Of a stretch of 63,038 nt of DNA, positions 23,011-32,695 are shown one piece after another (the stretch's first letter is position 1; each line of letters opens with the position of its first letter). Source of the DNA: Deltaproteobacteria bacterium (GTDB lineage Bacteria; Desulfobacterota_D; UBA1144; Nemesobacterales; CSP1-2). Both the position numbers and the translations under genes were made by a program. The stretch is from assembly GCA_016187835.1 (NCBI GenBank), contig JACPIY010000107.1, positions 1 through 63,038 of the forward strand. Direction: 5' to 3'. The notes under the pieces are model-generated. The model was not told the DNA's origin, ran no database searches, and worked only from the letters and a program-made list of their open reading frames with translations.

Positions 23011-23542
23011 GAATATAATCTTTGTTTCGGAAAAGCCTGTCTCGGCTCAAAAGCTTTGTCAGGTTTTTTCAGATTTAAGCAGCAAAGAGTTACAAGAGCT
23101 ATTGAATGAACTGGTAACTGACTGGGATAGTTTGGATCGTGGCTTTAAATTGCATGAGGTAGCAGGCGGATACCAGTTTAGAACGTCCCCACAGTACAGC
23201 GACTTTATATTAAAGTTTAAACAATTAAGACCATTCAGACTTAGCCGTGCGGCACTGGAGGTTCTTTCAATAATCGCTTATAAACAGCCAATTACCAGGA
23301 TGGAAATGGATCAAATAAGGGGAGTTGATTCATCAGGCGTTATAGCTTTACTTCTTGATAGGCGTCTCATCGAGATAAAAGGGAGGATGGAGGTAATTGG
23401 TAGACCTTTTATTTATGTTACGACTAATGAGTTTATGGAAACTTTTGGCCTGAAGAGTTTAAGAGACCTCCCTACCCTAAAGGAACTTGAGGAAATTGAA
23501 AAGTCCCTTCAGGTATATTCAGATGGACTTGATCAGGGATAA
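22979..23542 (+). CDS. scpB: SMC-Scp complex subunit ScpB
   Basis: EVAGGYQFRT, LSRAALEVLSIIAYKQPITR, IRGVDS, FGLKSLRDLP. Confidence 0.95.
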   Translation: MDRQYIKKAIENIIFVSEKPVSAQKLCQVFSDLSSKELQELLNELVTDWDSLDRGFKLHEVAGGYQFRTSPQYSDFILKFKQLRPFRLSRAALEVLSIIAYKQPITRMEMDQIRGVDSSGVIALLLDRRLIEIKGRMEVIGRPFIYVTTNEFMETFGLKSLRDLPTLKELEEIEKSLQVYSDGLDQG

Positions 23543-24016
23543 AAGTTCATTTTCCTTTTCTCTCATTAATTTAGCATCCTTTTTTTTCTCGTGATCGTAG
23601 CCGAGAAGATGTAAGATGCCGTGAATGATTAGTTTAACAATTTCCTCTTTTAAGGTGTTTCTGTTGATTTTGGTGTGTTTTTTTGCGGTATCCACTGAAA
23701 TTATTATATCTCCTAATATTAAAGTTTGGTTTTTATTTTTAAATGCAATAGCGGCATTTAAATCTAGGGTTAAATTCGTCACGTCCTGTGGAAATGAGAG
23801 AACATCAGTTGTCTTATCCATTTGTCTATATGTTTTATTGAGTTCTCTCATGCCGTTGTCGTCTATGAACGATATGCAGATTTCAGTTTTTCTTGGAACG
23901 TTGAGATGATGAAGGATTAGCTCGATCTTCTTTTTTAGCGATATTAATTGTTCCTTGCTAAGCTTATTCCTATTGATAATATTTATTTTCATTGATTTAA
24001 CAATAGCGGCACTCAC
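23519..24016 (-). CDS. ybeY: rRNA maturation endoribonuclease YbeY
   Basis: LNKTYR, TDVLSFP, LGDIIIS, HGILHLLGYDH. Likely start is GTG 24016 or ATG 23992, not 24175. Confidence 0.92.
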   Translation of the reverse strand: MSAAIVKSMKINIINRNKLSKEQLISLKKKIELILHHLNVPRKTEICISFIDDNGMRELNKTYRQMDKTTDVLSFPQDVTNLTLDLNAAIAFKNKNQTLILGDIIISVDTAKKHTKINRNTLKEEIVKLIIHGILHLLGYDHEKKKDAKLMREKENELLSLIKSI

Positions 24017-24115
24017 ACCCTTTTCCTTATAAAAATTTACTAAAAAATATAACATACTAATTAAGTACATGAGCAATAGCGGGCATAGCATAAACCTATA
24101 GAGTTTGGACCATGG

Positions 24116-24143
24116 ATAGGCTGGACATTCCTGTCCCGCTATT
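24116..24143. repeat. REP-like hairpin (GACATTCCTGTC family)
   Basis: GGCTGGACATTCCTGTCCCGC; shares its core with the copies at 53266-53329. Confidence 0.55.
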
Positions 24144-24274
24144 ATATTTAAAAAACCATTATACGTTCCCTGCAACTTACAATTCTATAAGGAACACATA
24201 ATGATCTTAAAAAAATAATCTAGTAATAAAAAGTAAGTTAAGTAGCTAAATAGGGTAAAATTTATTTATAACTC

Positions 24275-25039
24275 ATGAAACCCGATTCCATTTACAATAA
24301 ACTGAAAAATATATTTGAGGACTCAGGATTTAACCTAGTCACTCGAATTAAGGTCAGTGAATATGACAGACGAGTTTCTCCTGACAGACGAGCAGGCACA
24401 GTCTTCACAAACGCTAAATCCATTGTTCTAGTAGGATTTGCAGGTAAGGATTTCTGGAATGTTCTTCAAAACTTTCTTCGAGAGAATCCGGAATTTAGAG
24501 ACACACGAGAAGACTGGATTGATGATTATACTTTGCTGAAGTTTATGCTTGCAGCAAAGATTCTAGAAGATAAAAAAGCAGATTATAAAATGGCATTCCC
24601 ATTCGGCTTAGGAGCTTTTGCACTTGACTTCTTAAAGCTCGGACAATTGGGAGGAGTGGGAGTTCATAGCCTATTGGGCGTCTTAATCCATCCCGAATAC
24701 GGTTCCTGGATCTCTCTAAGAGGAGCATTTATAACAGATTTAGAATTTGCTCGGTATAATAACCCACTCTCGTCATTTAACCCCTGCCCTGCATGCTCTA
24801 AACCCTGCATTTCCGTATGTCCCGCGAACACCATATCAGAGAAGGGTTGGGATTGGGAAGCTTGTATGAATTTTAGATTAAGCGACAATACCTGCACCAC
24901 AAATTGCGCTTCAAGACGGGCATGTCCTTATGGTAAAGAACATCAGTATTCCGACGAACAACTCGCTTATCATCATAAGTTTGTCCTGAAAAGTGTAAAA
25001 GAGTATTTTAAGAAATGGCATACGAAAAGTAATTCATAA
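24275..25039 (+). CDS. QueG-like / 4Fe-4S ferredoxin-domain protein
   Basis: LIHPEYGSWISLRGA, CPACSKPCISVCPA and a second Cys cluster C...C...CASRRACPYG. Confidence 0.65.
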   Translation: MKPDSIYNKLKNIFEDSGFNLVTRIKVSEYDRRVSPDRRAGTVFTNAKSIVLVGFAGKDFWNVLQNFLRENPEFRDTREDWIDDYTLLKFMLAAKILEDKKADYKMAFPFGLGAFALDFLKLGQLGGVGVHSLLGVLIHPEYGSWISLRGAFITDLEFARYNNPLSSFNPCPACSKPCISVCPANTISEKGWDWEACMNFRLSDNTCTTNCASRRACPYGKEHQYSDEQLAYHHKFVLKSVKEYFKKWHTKSNS

Positions 25040-25158
25040 AAATAATTACCTATTCGAACGTTTCAATAGCGGCCATAGAAGTGAACAATAAGTAATAGTA
25101 TGGTATTATTCTCCAGAACCACAAGTAGCTTAATCCCAGCATTATCAACCCATTCTAA

Positions 25159-26511
25159 ATGAACAGGATCAAAGAAAATTCAACAAGAAGAAAACCTATT
25201 GTGGCCATCGTTGGGAGACCTAATGTCGGAAAATCCACGCTTTTTAACAGAATCATAGGCTGGCAGAAAGCAATTGTAGAGGATATTCCAGGGGTAACAA
25301 GGGATAGAATCTACGGTGATGCAGAATGGGAAGGAAGGGAATTCACCATAGTAGATACAGGTGGATTTGAACCTGAATCGGAGGATTTATATCTATCTTT
25401 AATGAGAAGCCAGATAGAGATAGCAATAAAAGAAGCCGATCTAATTCTTTTTGTCCTCGATGGACAAACCGATTTAATGCCCCAGGATGTAGAGGTTTTA
25501 AAGCTACTCAGGAGGTCGGAAAAACCCGTTCTACATGTCGTAAACAAAATTGACCATGAGAAGCATGAACTGAGTACGGTTGATTTCCACACCTTAGGAG
25601 TGGATAACTTTTTTACCGTGTCCGCAGTTCACGGAAGAAGAATTGACGAGCTTCTGGATGCCATTTTAGAGGAACTTCCCCGAGCTGAGCTTGAGACCGA
25701 CGATAAAGAGGAAGGCCTTATAAAGGTTGCGGTAGTAGGAAAGCCAAACGTCGGGAAATCTACTCTGGTCAATAAAATCCTCGGTGAAGAAAGGCTTCTT
25801 ACGAGCCCAATTCCCGGAACGACAAGGGATTCGATAGACACGCTCATCGAAAAAAACGGCAAAAAATATCTCTTCATTGACACGGCAGGAATAAGAAGAA
25901 GATCCAAAATAACTTTTTCAGTGGAAAGATACAGCGTACTTAGAGCGATAAGAACAGTTGAAAGAGCCGACATCGTGTTTCTTATGATTGACGCGCAAGA
26001 AGGCCCCACTCATCAAGACGCTCGCATCGCTGAGCTCATACATGATAGAGGAAAAGGATGCATTATTCTATTAAACAAATGGGATCTGGTTCCTAAGAAA
26101 ATTGCGGAAACAACGGGTATAGAAGACATAACCAGGAACAGGTTAAAAGAAATAGACTTTGCCCCTGTGATTTCTATCTCATCGCTCACAGGAAAAAGGG
26201 TAAACAAGGTTTTTGATTGCATTAACCTTGTATACGAAAATTTTTCTCGCAGAGCCCCAACAAAACAGCTTAACAAATTGCTTGATGAAATTAAAATAAA
26301 AACCCCCCCTCCTTTATACAAGGGAAATGAGATTAAATTCTATTACATATCCCAACCTATGACGAGACCCCCCACTTTTGTAATATTTACAAATTCCGTA
26401 AATGCAATACCCGAAAGCTATAAACAATTCCTGGAGAACAGACTAAGAGAAGAGTTTGATTTAGAAGGAACGACTATAAAGTTCATATTCAGAGCGAGAA
26501 GGAAAAAGTAA
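25159..26511 (+). CDS. der: Ribosome biogenesis GTPase Der (EngA)
   Basis: Two GTPase domains (GRPNVGKS/DTGG/NKID and GKPNVGKS/DTAG/NKWD) plus a KH-like C-domain. Confidence 0.97.
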   Translation: MNRIKENSTRRKPIVAIVGRPNVGKSTLFNRIIGWQKAIVEDIPGVTRDRIYGDAEWEGREFTIVDTGGFEPESEDLYLSLMRSQIEIAIKEADLILFVLDGQTDLMPQDVEVLKLLRRSEKPVLHVVNKIDHEKHELSTVDFHTLGVDNFFTVSAVHGRRIDELLDAILEELPRAELETDDKEEGLIKVAVVGKPNVGKSTLVNKILGEERLLTSPIPGTTRDSIDTLIEKNGKKYLFIDTAGIRRRSKITFSVERYSVLRAIRTVERADIVFLMIDAQEGPTHQDARIAELIHDRGKGCIILLNKWDLVPKKIAETTGIEDITRNRLKEIDFAPVISISSLTGKRVNKVFDCINLVYENFSRRAPTKQLNKLLDEIKIKTPPPLYKGNEIKFYYISQPMTRPPTFVIFTNSVNAIPESYKQFLENRLREEFDLEGTTIKFIFRARRKK

Positions 26512-26564
26512 TTCACCTTAAGGAATCGCATTTTGGGAGAGTATAATTATATGTCTACTTGTAA

Positions 26565-27821
26565 TCATTCTTTCGTATATTTTCGTGCTACTTCCAATAT
26601 GTTTTCCTCTATGTCCTTTGTTCTTTCCTTTGCAGAAAACAGCCTTCTTACCCTCTCTCTCCCACCAACTCCCATAGATACCCGAAGCGACTTGTCCTGA
26701 ATTAGCTTTAAAATTCCCTCCCCCAACTGCTCCGTATTGCCGGGTTCATTGAGAAACCCTGTTACGCCGTTTTCTACTGCTTCTACAATCCCTCCCACTT
26801 GAAAGCCGACAACAGGAAGAGCAAAAGACATCGCCTCAATTACAACCCTCGGAAAGGGGTCGGGATAGTTAGAAGGTATAACAAAAATATCAAAATCCTT
26901 TAGATAGGGGCCTACATCCTTCCTGTATCCCGTAAAAATAAAAAATTCTTCTAGGCCAAGCTCTCTCACCAATCCTTTCAAAAACTGGAGATGATTATCC
27001 TGAAAGAAATAAGGGGTATCTCCAACTACTACAAACCTTACTTTGCTTACTTCATCACCAAGCCTACTAATCACACTTAAGGCGGCTCTTATCAGATATT
27101 CATATCCCTTTCTCGGAACAATTCTTCCCGTGCTTCCCACAATTACTGCTCCTTCCGGAATATCAAATTCGAGGCGCAACAGTCCCTTTGTCTTTTCCGA
27201 ATCGAAATCTTCAGGATCAATGCCATTATGAATTACTGTTATTTTCTCACGACTAGAACGAAACTGCTCTGCCGTCGGACGGGAGACGCATATTATCCTT
27301 TTTATGACAGTAAGGGATGCGAGAAGATTGATGGTAATACCAAGGGGTTTTGTCTGCTGAATATTTCTTACATGCCAGATGACTGGACACCTGTTTAAGA
27401 AACCGATTAGAGCACCTACGATCTTTGCCTGAGTGCCGTTGCAATAAATTATATCTATTTTTCTTTTCCTGATTAGAAAAGGAGATGTGACGATAAACAA
27501 GAAAAGATCAATCACATTTAACGTCACAGATGCAATTTTTAGGAGTTTTGATAATACGGATTGAGATGCGTTACCTGTACTAAATCTGATCCAATTTAGC
27601 CGGGGGCTTTGTAAATTCTCAGGAAACTTCCCCTCAACTATGATTTTATCCCCTAATCCCTCCTTCTTAACCAGATCAGTAAAAATATCCTCCTTTGGAA
27701 CGAGGACGTAAGGATCAATCTTAGTCCTATCAATGTACTTAAGGATATAGAAAAGGCTTCTCCCTGGGCCTCCATCCCTCACGGAATGATTTATAAATAG
27801 TACTCTAGGTAAAGATTCCAT
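26565..27821 (-). CDS. Glycosyltransferase family 4 protein
   Basis: GG loop, HNGID, GRIVPRKG, DIFVIPS..DPFPRVVIEAM, GGIVEAV. Confidence 0.9.
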   Translation of the reverse strand: MESLPRVLFINHSVRDGGPGRSLFYILKYIDRTKIDPYVLVPKEDIFTDLVKKEGLGDKIIVEGKFPENLQSPRLNWIRFSTGNASQSVLSKLLKIASVTLNVIDLFLFIVTSPFLIRKRKIDIIYCNGTQAKIVGALIGFLNRCPVIWHVRNIQQTKPLGITINLLASLTVIKRIICVSRPTAEQFRSSREKITVIHNGIDPEDFDSEKTKGLLRLEFDIPEGAVIVGSTGRIVPRKGYEYLIRAALSVISRLGDEVSKVRFVVVGDTPYFFQDNHLQFLKGLVRELGLEEFFIFTGYRKDVGPYLKDFDIFVIPSNYPDPFPRVVIEAMSFALPVVGFQVGGIVEAVENGVTGFLNEPGNTEQLGEGILKLIQDKSLRVSMGVGGRERVRRLFSAKERTKDIEENILEVARKYTKE

Positions 27822-27953
27822 TATTCAAATCTCAATTTATTTATCTAAGCCTAGCAATTTACCATGAGATGGATAGCCAAGCTAATGAAAACCCGATTTA
27901 TCAAGGTTATACTATTGTTTAAAATTTCTAACAAAACGATCATGGAGGAAAAT

Positions 27954-28610
27954 ATGAGAACAAAAAAAGCCTCTTCTTTACTCGGCCATATCATCTGCAT
28001 CTTGTTTATTTCTTTATCCTCTTTGGGCGGCTGTGATATAGAATTCAGCAGTGACAATGACAATGACGGTGGAAACGGAGATCAAGAAGCTATACTTAAA
28101 GGAACTATTACCAGCATTATCCCTAACAGAAACCTTGATGGAATAACAGTTGAAGTCGAAGACGAAGACACGGGAACCTTATTTCCAGATGTTACCGATA
28201 CCAATGGCTTTTTCCAAATAGAAGGAGGTTTTAGTGGCTCGTCTGTGAGACTTGAGTTTTTTGATGAGAATCAGATGCAAATTGCACTTACAAGTATTAC
28301 GGTATTTCCAGGAGCAGAAGTAGACTTAGGAGATATAACAATAAACAACAGAAGCGTAACGTTCGAAGACGATATTATAGTAATTTTTGAAGGGGATATT
28401 ATAGAAAACAACTGTTCCCAGGGTGTCGGAACTATAGAGGTAACAGTGGACGACACGGAGGTTATCGTCGAAATTAGCTCCTCGACAGACATAGTAAGAG
28501 ATAACGATGATCTGGTCTGTGAGGATTTATTGATTGGGGATCAAGTTGAAATAAGAGGAGAATTACTAATAAACAATACAGTAGGAGCGGACCGAATCGA
28601 GCTACTTTAG
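27954..28610 (+). CDS. Acidic beta-rich lipoprotein (DUF5666-like C-terminus)
   Basis: GGAGG SD before ATG 27954, lipobox LGGC, C-terminal DLLIGDQVEIRG...ADRIE pattern. Confidence 0.65.
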   Translation: MRTKKASSLLGHIICILFISLSSLGGCDIEFSSDNDNDGGNGDQEAILKGTITSIIPNRNLDGITVEVEDEDTGTLFPDVTDTNGFFQIEGGFSGSSVRLEFFDENQMQIALTSITVFPGAEVDLGDITINNRSVTFEDDIIVIFEGDIIENNCSQGVGTIEVTVDDTEVIVEISSSTDIVRDNDDLVCEDLLIGDQVEIRGELLINNTVGADRIELL

Positions 28611-28717
28611 GATTATAACAATTGAGTCAAATCAGGGTTTATTTTAAAGCGGACAGATATCGCTTATGCAGAGCTGCTTCTCAAGCTAACCACTGGCTTG
28701 TCGAATCATGAGGTATA

Positions 28718-29314
28718 TTATTCAGCCCCTTTTTCCTTCCTAGTACCTTTTTGGGGTTTAATGGATTGAACCTTATCTTCGAGCTGCTTAATCTTCTCGC
28801 GAAGAAGCTCTATTTCCATTAATTGAGGGGACATAAAGGAAGAATTTGACTCTTCGTTTTGCTCTCCATCGTATTGCTTATTGGGCTCACCCGAAACGGT
28901 AGAGAAAATATTTTTCATGTCTGGTTTAAGAGGAAATTTCATACCCGGAGGAACCCAGCCAATTTCCTGCCACCAGTGAAGGTTCTTTTTCATGTTTTCC
29001 TGAAAGGAGAGATATGGCTGAAACATCATTAGGAAATAATTTTCAAAAAAATCCTTTGCTATTCTATTGCCATATTTTATTAACATGTGGAGAAATGAGG
29101 TAGGAAGAATATCCACTTTGTTTTTTTCACTTTCTAAAACAACCTGTATCAGTATAACCTTGGTAATATCCTCTTCAGTCTGAGAATCGAGAACTTTTAT
29201 TTCATTCCCTTCTCTTATAAGGCTGGCTATCTCGTCCAAAGTAACGTACTTTTTGTGATTTGTGTCATATAACCTTCGATTGCTATATTTTTTTATTATA
29301 ATTTGCTCGGCCAA
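28718..29314 (-). CDS. PhaR-like PHA accumulation regulator (PHB_acc_N DNA-binding domain)
   Basis: IIKKYSNRRLYDT...YVTLDEI...EDITKVILIQVVLE signature. Confidence 0.85.
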   Translation of the reverse strand: MAEQIIIKKYSNRRLYDTNHKKYVTLDEIASLIREGNEIKVLDSQTEEDITKVILIQVVLESEKNKVDILPTSFLHMLIKYGNRIAKDFFENYFLMMFQPYLSFQENMKKNLHWWQEIGWVPPGMKFPLKPDMKNIFSTVSGEPNKQYDGEQNEESNSSFMSPQLMEIELLREKIKQLEDKVQSIKPQKGTRKEKGAE

Positions 29315-29346
29315 CTTTATCTCCCCCTTTAGCTTCCGGATATACT

Positions 29347-29375
29347 ATTATCCCGATAAACAAACTGTTAGTCAA
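29347..29375 (-). promoter_or_regulatory. Putative sigma70 promoter of the phaR-like gene
   Basis: Minus strand TTGACT-17 bp-GATAAT. Confidence 0.45.
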
Positions 29376-29463
29376 GGAGAGAAAAACCCACATATACTTG
29401 ACAAGTCCCTGTAATATAAGGAATATTCTATGGGCAATTATAAAACCTTAGGAGAAACGTTGT

Positions 29464-30390
29464 ATGTCCGATAAATCCTCTTATATGATTTGGTTCGACG
29501 GCGATCTTGTTCCGTGGAATGAAGCAAAGGTCCACGTGCTTACCCATACACTTCACTATGGGCTGGGCGTTTTTGAAGGAATCAGAGCCTATGAATGTCA
29601 TGACGGCCGTCCTGCAATATTTAGACTAATGGATCATATTAACAGGCTTTATTCCTCCGCACGAATTGGACAGGTAAAAATACCATTTTCAAAAGAAGAT
29701 CTTCGAAAAGCAATATTCAAGGTTCTTATCGTAAACAAATTGAAAGAAGCATATATAAGACCCATTGCCTTCATAGGTGATGGCGTAATGGGTGTTAATC
29801 CAAAAGACAACCCCATCCGGTTGGCTATTGCCGCTTATCCATGGGGGGCGTATCTTGGGGACGAGGGTTTGACAAAAGGAATAAGGGCAAAGATTTCTTC
29901 TTTCACTAGGATGCACGTAAACACCCACATGACCAAGGCAAAAATATGCGGCAACTATGTAAACTCGGTAATGGCAAAGCTCGAAGTCACCTCACTGGGA
30001 TTTGACGAAGCCCTTATGCTGGACACTGAGGGGTATGTGTCTGAAGGAAGCGGTGAAAACATTTTTATCGTGAGAAATGGTGTCCTAAAAACCCCTCCTC
30101 TTACCTCGATCCTGGAAGGAATTACGAGAAACACTGCAGTAGAAATCGCCACAGATGAAGGGATCAAAGTAATACACGAGCGATTTACAAGGGACGAACT
30201 CTACATAGCAGATGAAGCCTTTTTCACAGGAACAGCGGCAGAGATCACACCTATTCGCGAGGTTGACGGAAGGCCGATTGGGGACGGTAAACCCGGGGAA
30301 ATAACCAAAAGACTCCAGCAAAGCTTCTTTGATATAGTAAGGGGTAAAGATGATAACTACATTAAGTGGCTCGATTTTATTCCCTGGTAA
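29464..30390 (+). CDS. ilvE: Branched-chain amino acid aminotransferase
   Basis: [47 protein letters not shown]. Confidence 0.96.
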   Translation: MSDKSSYMIWFDGDLVPWNEAKVHVLTHTLHYGLGVFEGIRAYECHDGRPAIFRLMDHINRLYSSARIGQVKIPFSKEDLRKAIFKVLIVNKLKEAYIRPIAFIGDGVMGVNPKDNPIRLAIAAYPWGAYLGDEGLTKGIRAKISSFTRMHVNTHMTKAKICGNYVNSVMAKLEVTSLGFDEALMLDTEGYVSEGSGENIFIVRNGVLKTPPLTSILEGITRNTAVEIATDEGIKVIHERFTRDELYIADEAFFTGTAAEITPIREVDGRPIGDGKPGEITKRLQQSFFDIVRGKDDNYIKWLDFIPW

Positions 30391-30394
30391 ACAA

Positions 30395-30445
30395 GCAGGA
30401 TACATGAATCATGAATCATGATTCATGTATCCTGCATCCTGTATC
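30395..30445. repeat. Perfect 19-bp inverted repeat built from 7-bp units, right after ilvE
   Basis: GCAGGATACATGAATCATG-AAT-CATGATTCATGTATCCTGC, continuing as CATGAAT/CATGTAT/CCTGCAT/CCTGTAT heptamers; no U-tract. Confidence 0.8.
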
Positions 30446-30453
30446 AACTTACA

Positions 30454-30906
30454 ATGAGCCTTTATAAAGGACACCTAGCAGGCGGTATATTTGTTTTTAT
30501 TCTCTATGTACTCGCTCTAGTGATCTTTTTCTCATTTAAACCTAATATGAATCTCCTAATATGGTTCGGACTCTGCATGCTGGGTGCACTCTGGCCAGAT
30601 GTGGATACAAACAGTCTGGGCCAAAAGCTCTTTTATGGAATATTCCTTGTTCTAGATAGCTTTTTCCTGTTTACAGGACTGTATAAGGAAGCGGCTTTGC
30701 TTGGATTTTTTGCCCTGCTTCCAATCGTCGGAAAGCATCGTGGGTGGACCCACACGATTTGGGCGGCATTTCTCATTCCTTCCCCCATGCTTCTTTTGCC
30801 GATTTTTAAGCCTGAGCTAAATGCTGGGGAACTTGAATACTATATCCCTGTTGTAATAGGCTATCTAAGCCATCTTATTCTTGATTGGGAACTGAAACTC
30901 TATTAA
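30454..30906 (+). CDS. Membrane metal-dependent hydrolase (YdjM-like)
   Basis: GH near the N-terminus, PDVD, HRGWTHT, SHLILD; likely start ATG 30454. Confidence 0.85.
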   Translation: MSLYKGHLAGGIFVFILYVLALVIFFSFKPNMNLLIWFGLCMLGALWPDVDTNSLGQKLFYGIFLVLDSFFLFTGLYKEAALLGFFALLPIVGKHRGWTHTIWAAFLIPSPMLLLPIFKPELNAGELEYYIPVVIGYLSHLILDWELKLY

Positions 30907-30912
30907 GTAATT

Positions 30913-30940
30913 GTAGAGGCATTCAATTTAAGGCCTCTAT
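30913..30940. repeat. Degenerate GTAG-REP-like hairpin between convergent genes
   Basis: GTAGAGGC-ATTCAATTTAAG-GCCTCTAT. Confidence 0.45.
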
Positions 30941-30945
30941 CTCTC

Positions 30946-32598
30946 TTATCTAACTTCAATCCAAAATGGCATTAGGGCGAGAACCTTTTCCCGTTCTAAC
31001 GCTTGAAGAGTGTCTATAAAGGAATCAAGCTGTATAACCCAGGCAAAGCTTTTGCCGAAAGGATTAAATTGAATGCCTTTAGGTTTTGAAACCAACCTGA
31101 TAATTGGCGATACTTCATCCGGTATACCAGCTTCCCTTTTAGCAATTTGAATCGCTTCTTTGATTCCACCAAGCTCATCAATAAGCCCCGCTTCCTTTGC
31201 CTGTCTTCCAGTCCATACCCTCCCACGCGCCAACTGCTCGGCGCTCTCGAAATCCATTGCCCTTCCCTCGGCAACCTTTTCTACAAAATCCTTGTAGAAC
31301 GACTCCATAATTGCATCGAGTTTTTGCTCTTCCTTCTTCGTAAAACCCCTATAACTCGAAAACATCAAGGCTCTTTTACCACGCACAATCCATTCTTTTG
31401 TTACCCCAAGCTTTTTTAAAAAACTATTCAGATTGAACTTTCCAAATACAATTCCGATTGAACCTGTAAGAGATAGCGAATCCGCTACGATCTTGTTTGC
31501 CCCGAGAGCAATCATGTACCCGCCGGAAGCCGCAACATCGGACATAGAGATAACAACAGGCTTCTTTTCGGAGACGGACTTTATCTGGTAGCGAATCAAA
31601 TCCGAAGCTACACCAGAGCCGCCAGGACTTGATATTCTTAAAACGATAGCTTTTATGCTTTTGTCATTAGCTAATTTAACGAGAATTCTTATAAGCGTTT
31701 GTGATCCAAGCGTTTTGGCCTCCGCACTTCCCCTACTTTCACCAAGGGTTATCAGACCGGAATCGCATACCAAGGCAATTGTGGTAGCATTTCCTCTAAT
31801 TTTATTCTTGATTGAAAGAACAGTCTCATGAACATTAGCAATCTTAAGAAAAATCCGGGGACTGATTTTTTGTATCCGTAGATCCATCGCCTTCTCGATT
31901 CTTTTCTCCAAATCACATTCATAGACTATTTCATCAATAAGCCTTCTCTCAAGAGCTTCTTCGGCAAGAAAAGGCCCCTCATCTATCAAAGCCATTATAC
32001 TTTCCTCTTCCATTCCTCTCCCTTGAGAAATGTATTTCACAAATTGAGAATAGATGTCGCTGATTATGGAATCCATCATGCTCTTATGAGGTTCGGACAT
32101 TGCTTTTCTTGTGAAAGTCTCAGCGGCACTTTTATACTCGCCAAGCCCCTTTATTTGAGCTTCAATTCCCAGTTTATCCAAAGTGTCCTTAAAAAACGTC
32201 ACCTCCGCACTCAGCCCGATGAGGTTCAACATAGCCCAGGGGGGCATAAATATTTTTTCGGACGCCGAACCTATCAAGTACTGAATATTATCGGCGCTCT
32301 CAAGGTAGACAAAAATCTTTTTTCCTTTTTCCCTGAGTTTTAAAATCCCTCTTCTTATAGCCTCAGCCCTTGCAAGTCCAATTCTAAGCTCTCTAATTTT
32401 TACTAGGACACCCAAGACTTTAGGACTATCTGACAAATATAGAAAAAGCTTCTCTAAATCCCAAACTGTAAGCTTCCCTTTTCTAGGAACAAAGGGGAAA
32501 ATAAACCTTTCTTCCTCTTCCGGGATTTCGCCCCGAAGCTCTATCTCGATGAAATTGTATCGTTTGATAGGATCAATGATTCTTGATAGCACTTGCAT
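30946..32598 (-). CDS. sppA: Signal peptide peptidase SppA (long form)
   Basis: GEYKSAAE, LRISSPGGS, AASGGY, TGSIG, GRVWTGRQA, GLIDELG. Confidence 0.93.
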   Translation of the reverse strand: MQVLSRIIDPIKRYNFIEIELRGEIPEEEERFIFPFVPRKGKLTVWDLEKLFLYLSDSPKVLGVLVKIRELRIGLARAEAIRRGILKLREKGKKIFVYLESADNIQYLIGSASEKIFMPPWAMLNLIGLSAEVTFFKDTLDKLGIEAQIKGLGEYKSAAETFTRKAMSEPHKSMMDSIISDIYSQFVKYISQGRGMEEESIMALIDEGPFLAEEALERRLIDEIVYECDLEKRIEKAMDLRIQKISPRIFLKIANVHETVLSIKNKIRGNATTIALVCDSGLITLGESRGSAEAKTLGSQTLIRILVKLANDKSIKAIVLRISSPGGSGVASDLIRYQIKSVSEKKPVVISMSDVAASGGYMIALGANKIVADSLSLTGSIGIVFGKFNLNSFLKKLGVTKEWIVRGKRALMFSSYRGFTKKEEQKLDAIMESFYKDFVEKVAEGRAMDFESAEQLARGRVWTGRQAKEAGLIDELGGIKEAIQIAKREAGIPDEVSPIIRLVSKPKGIQFNPFGKSFAWVIQLDSFIDTLQALEREKVLALMPFWIEVR

Positions 32599-32695
32599 AA
32601 ATAAGCCTCCTACACAAGAACAAAGAGAAATGGTTTCTTACTTTCCTCTGTGTTCCCTGTGGCTAATATATAAAAGCACGATTGCCTATTTTTTT

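Noticed and set aside
23519-23542. Convergent overlap of scpB and ybeY
   Set aside because: A short tail-to-tail overlap is common in compact genomes.
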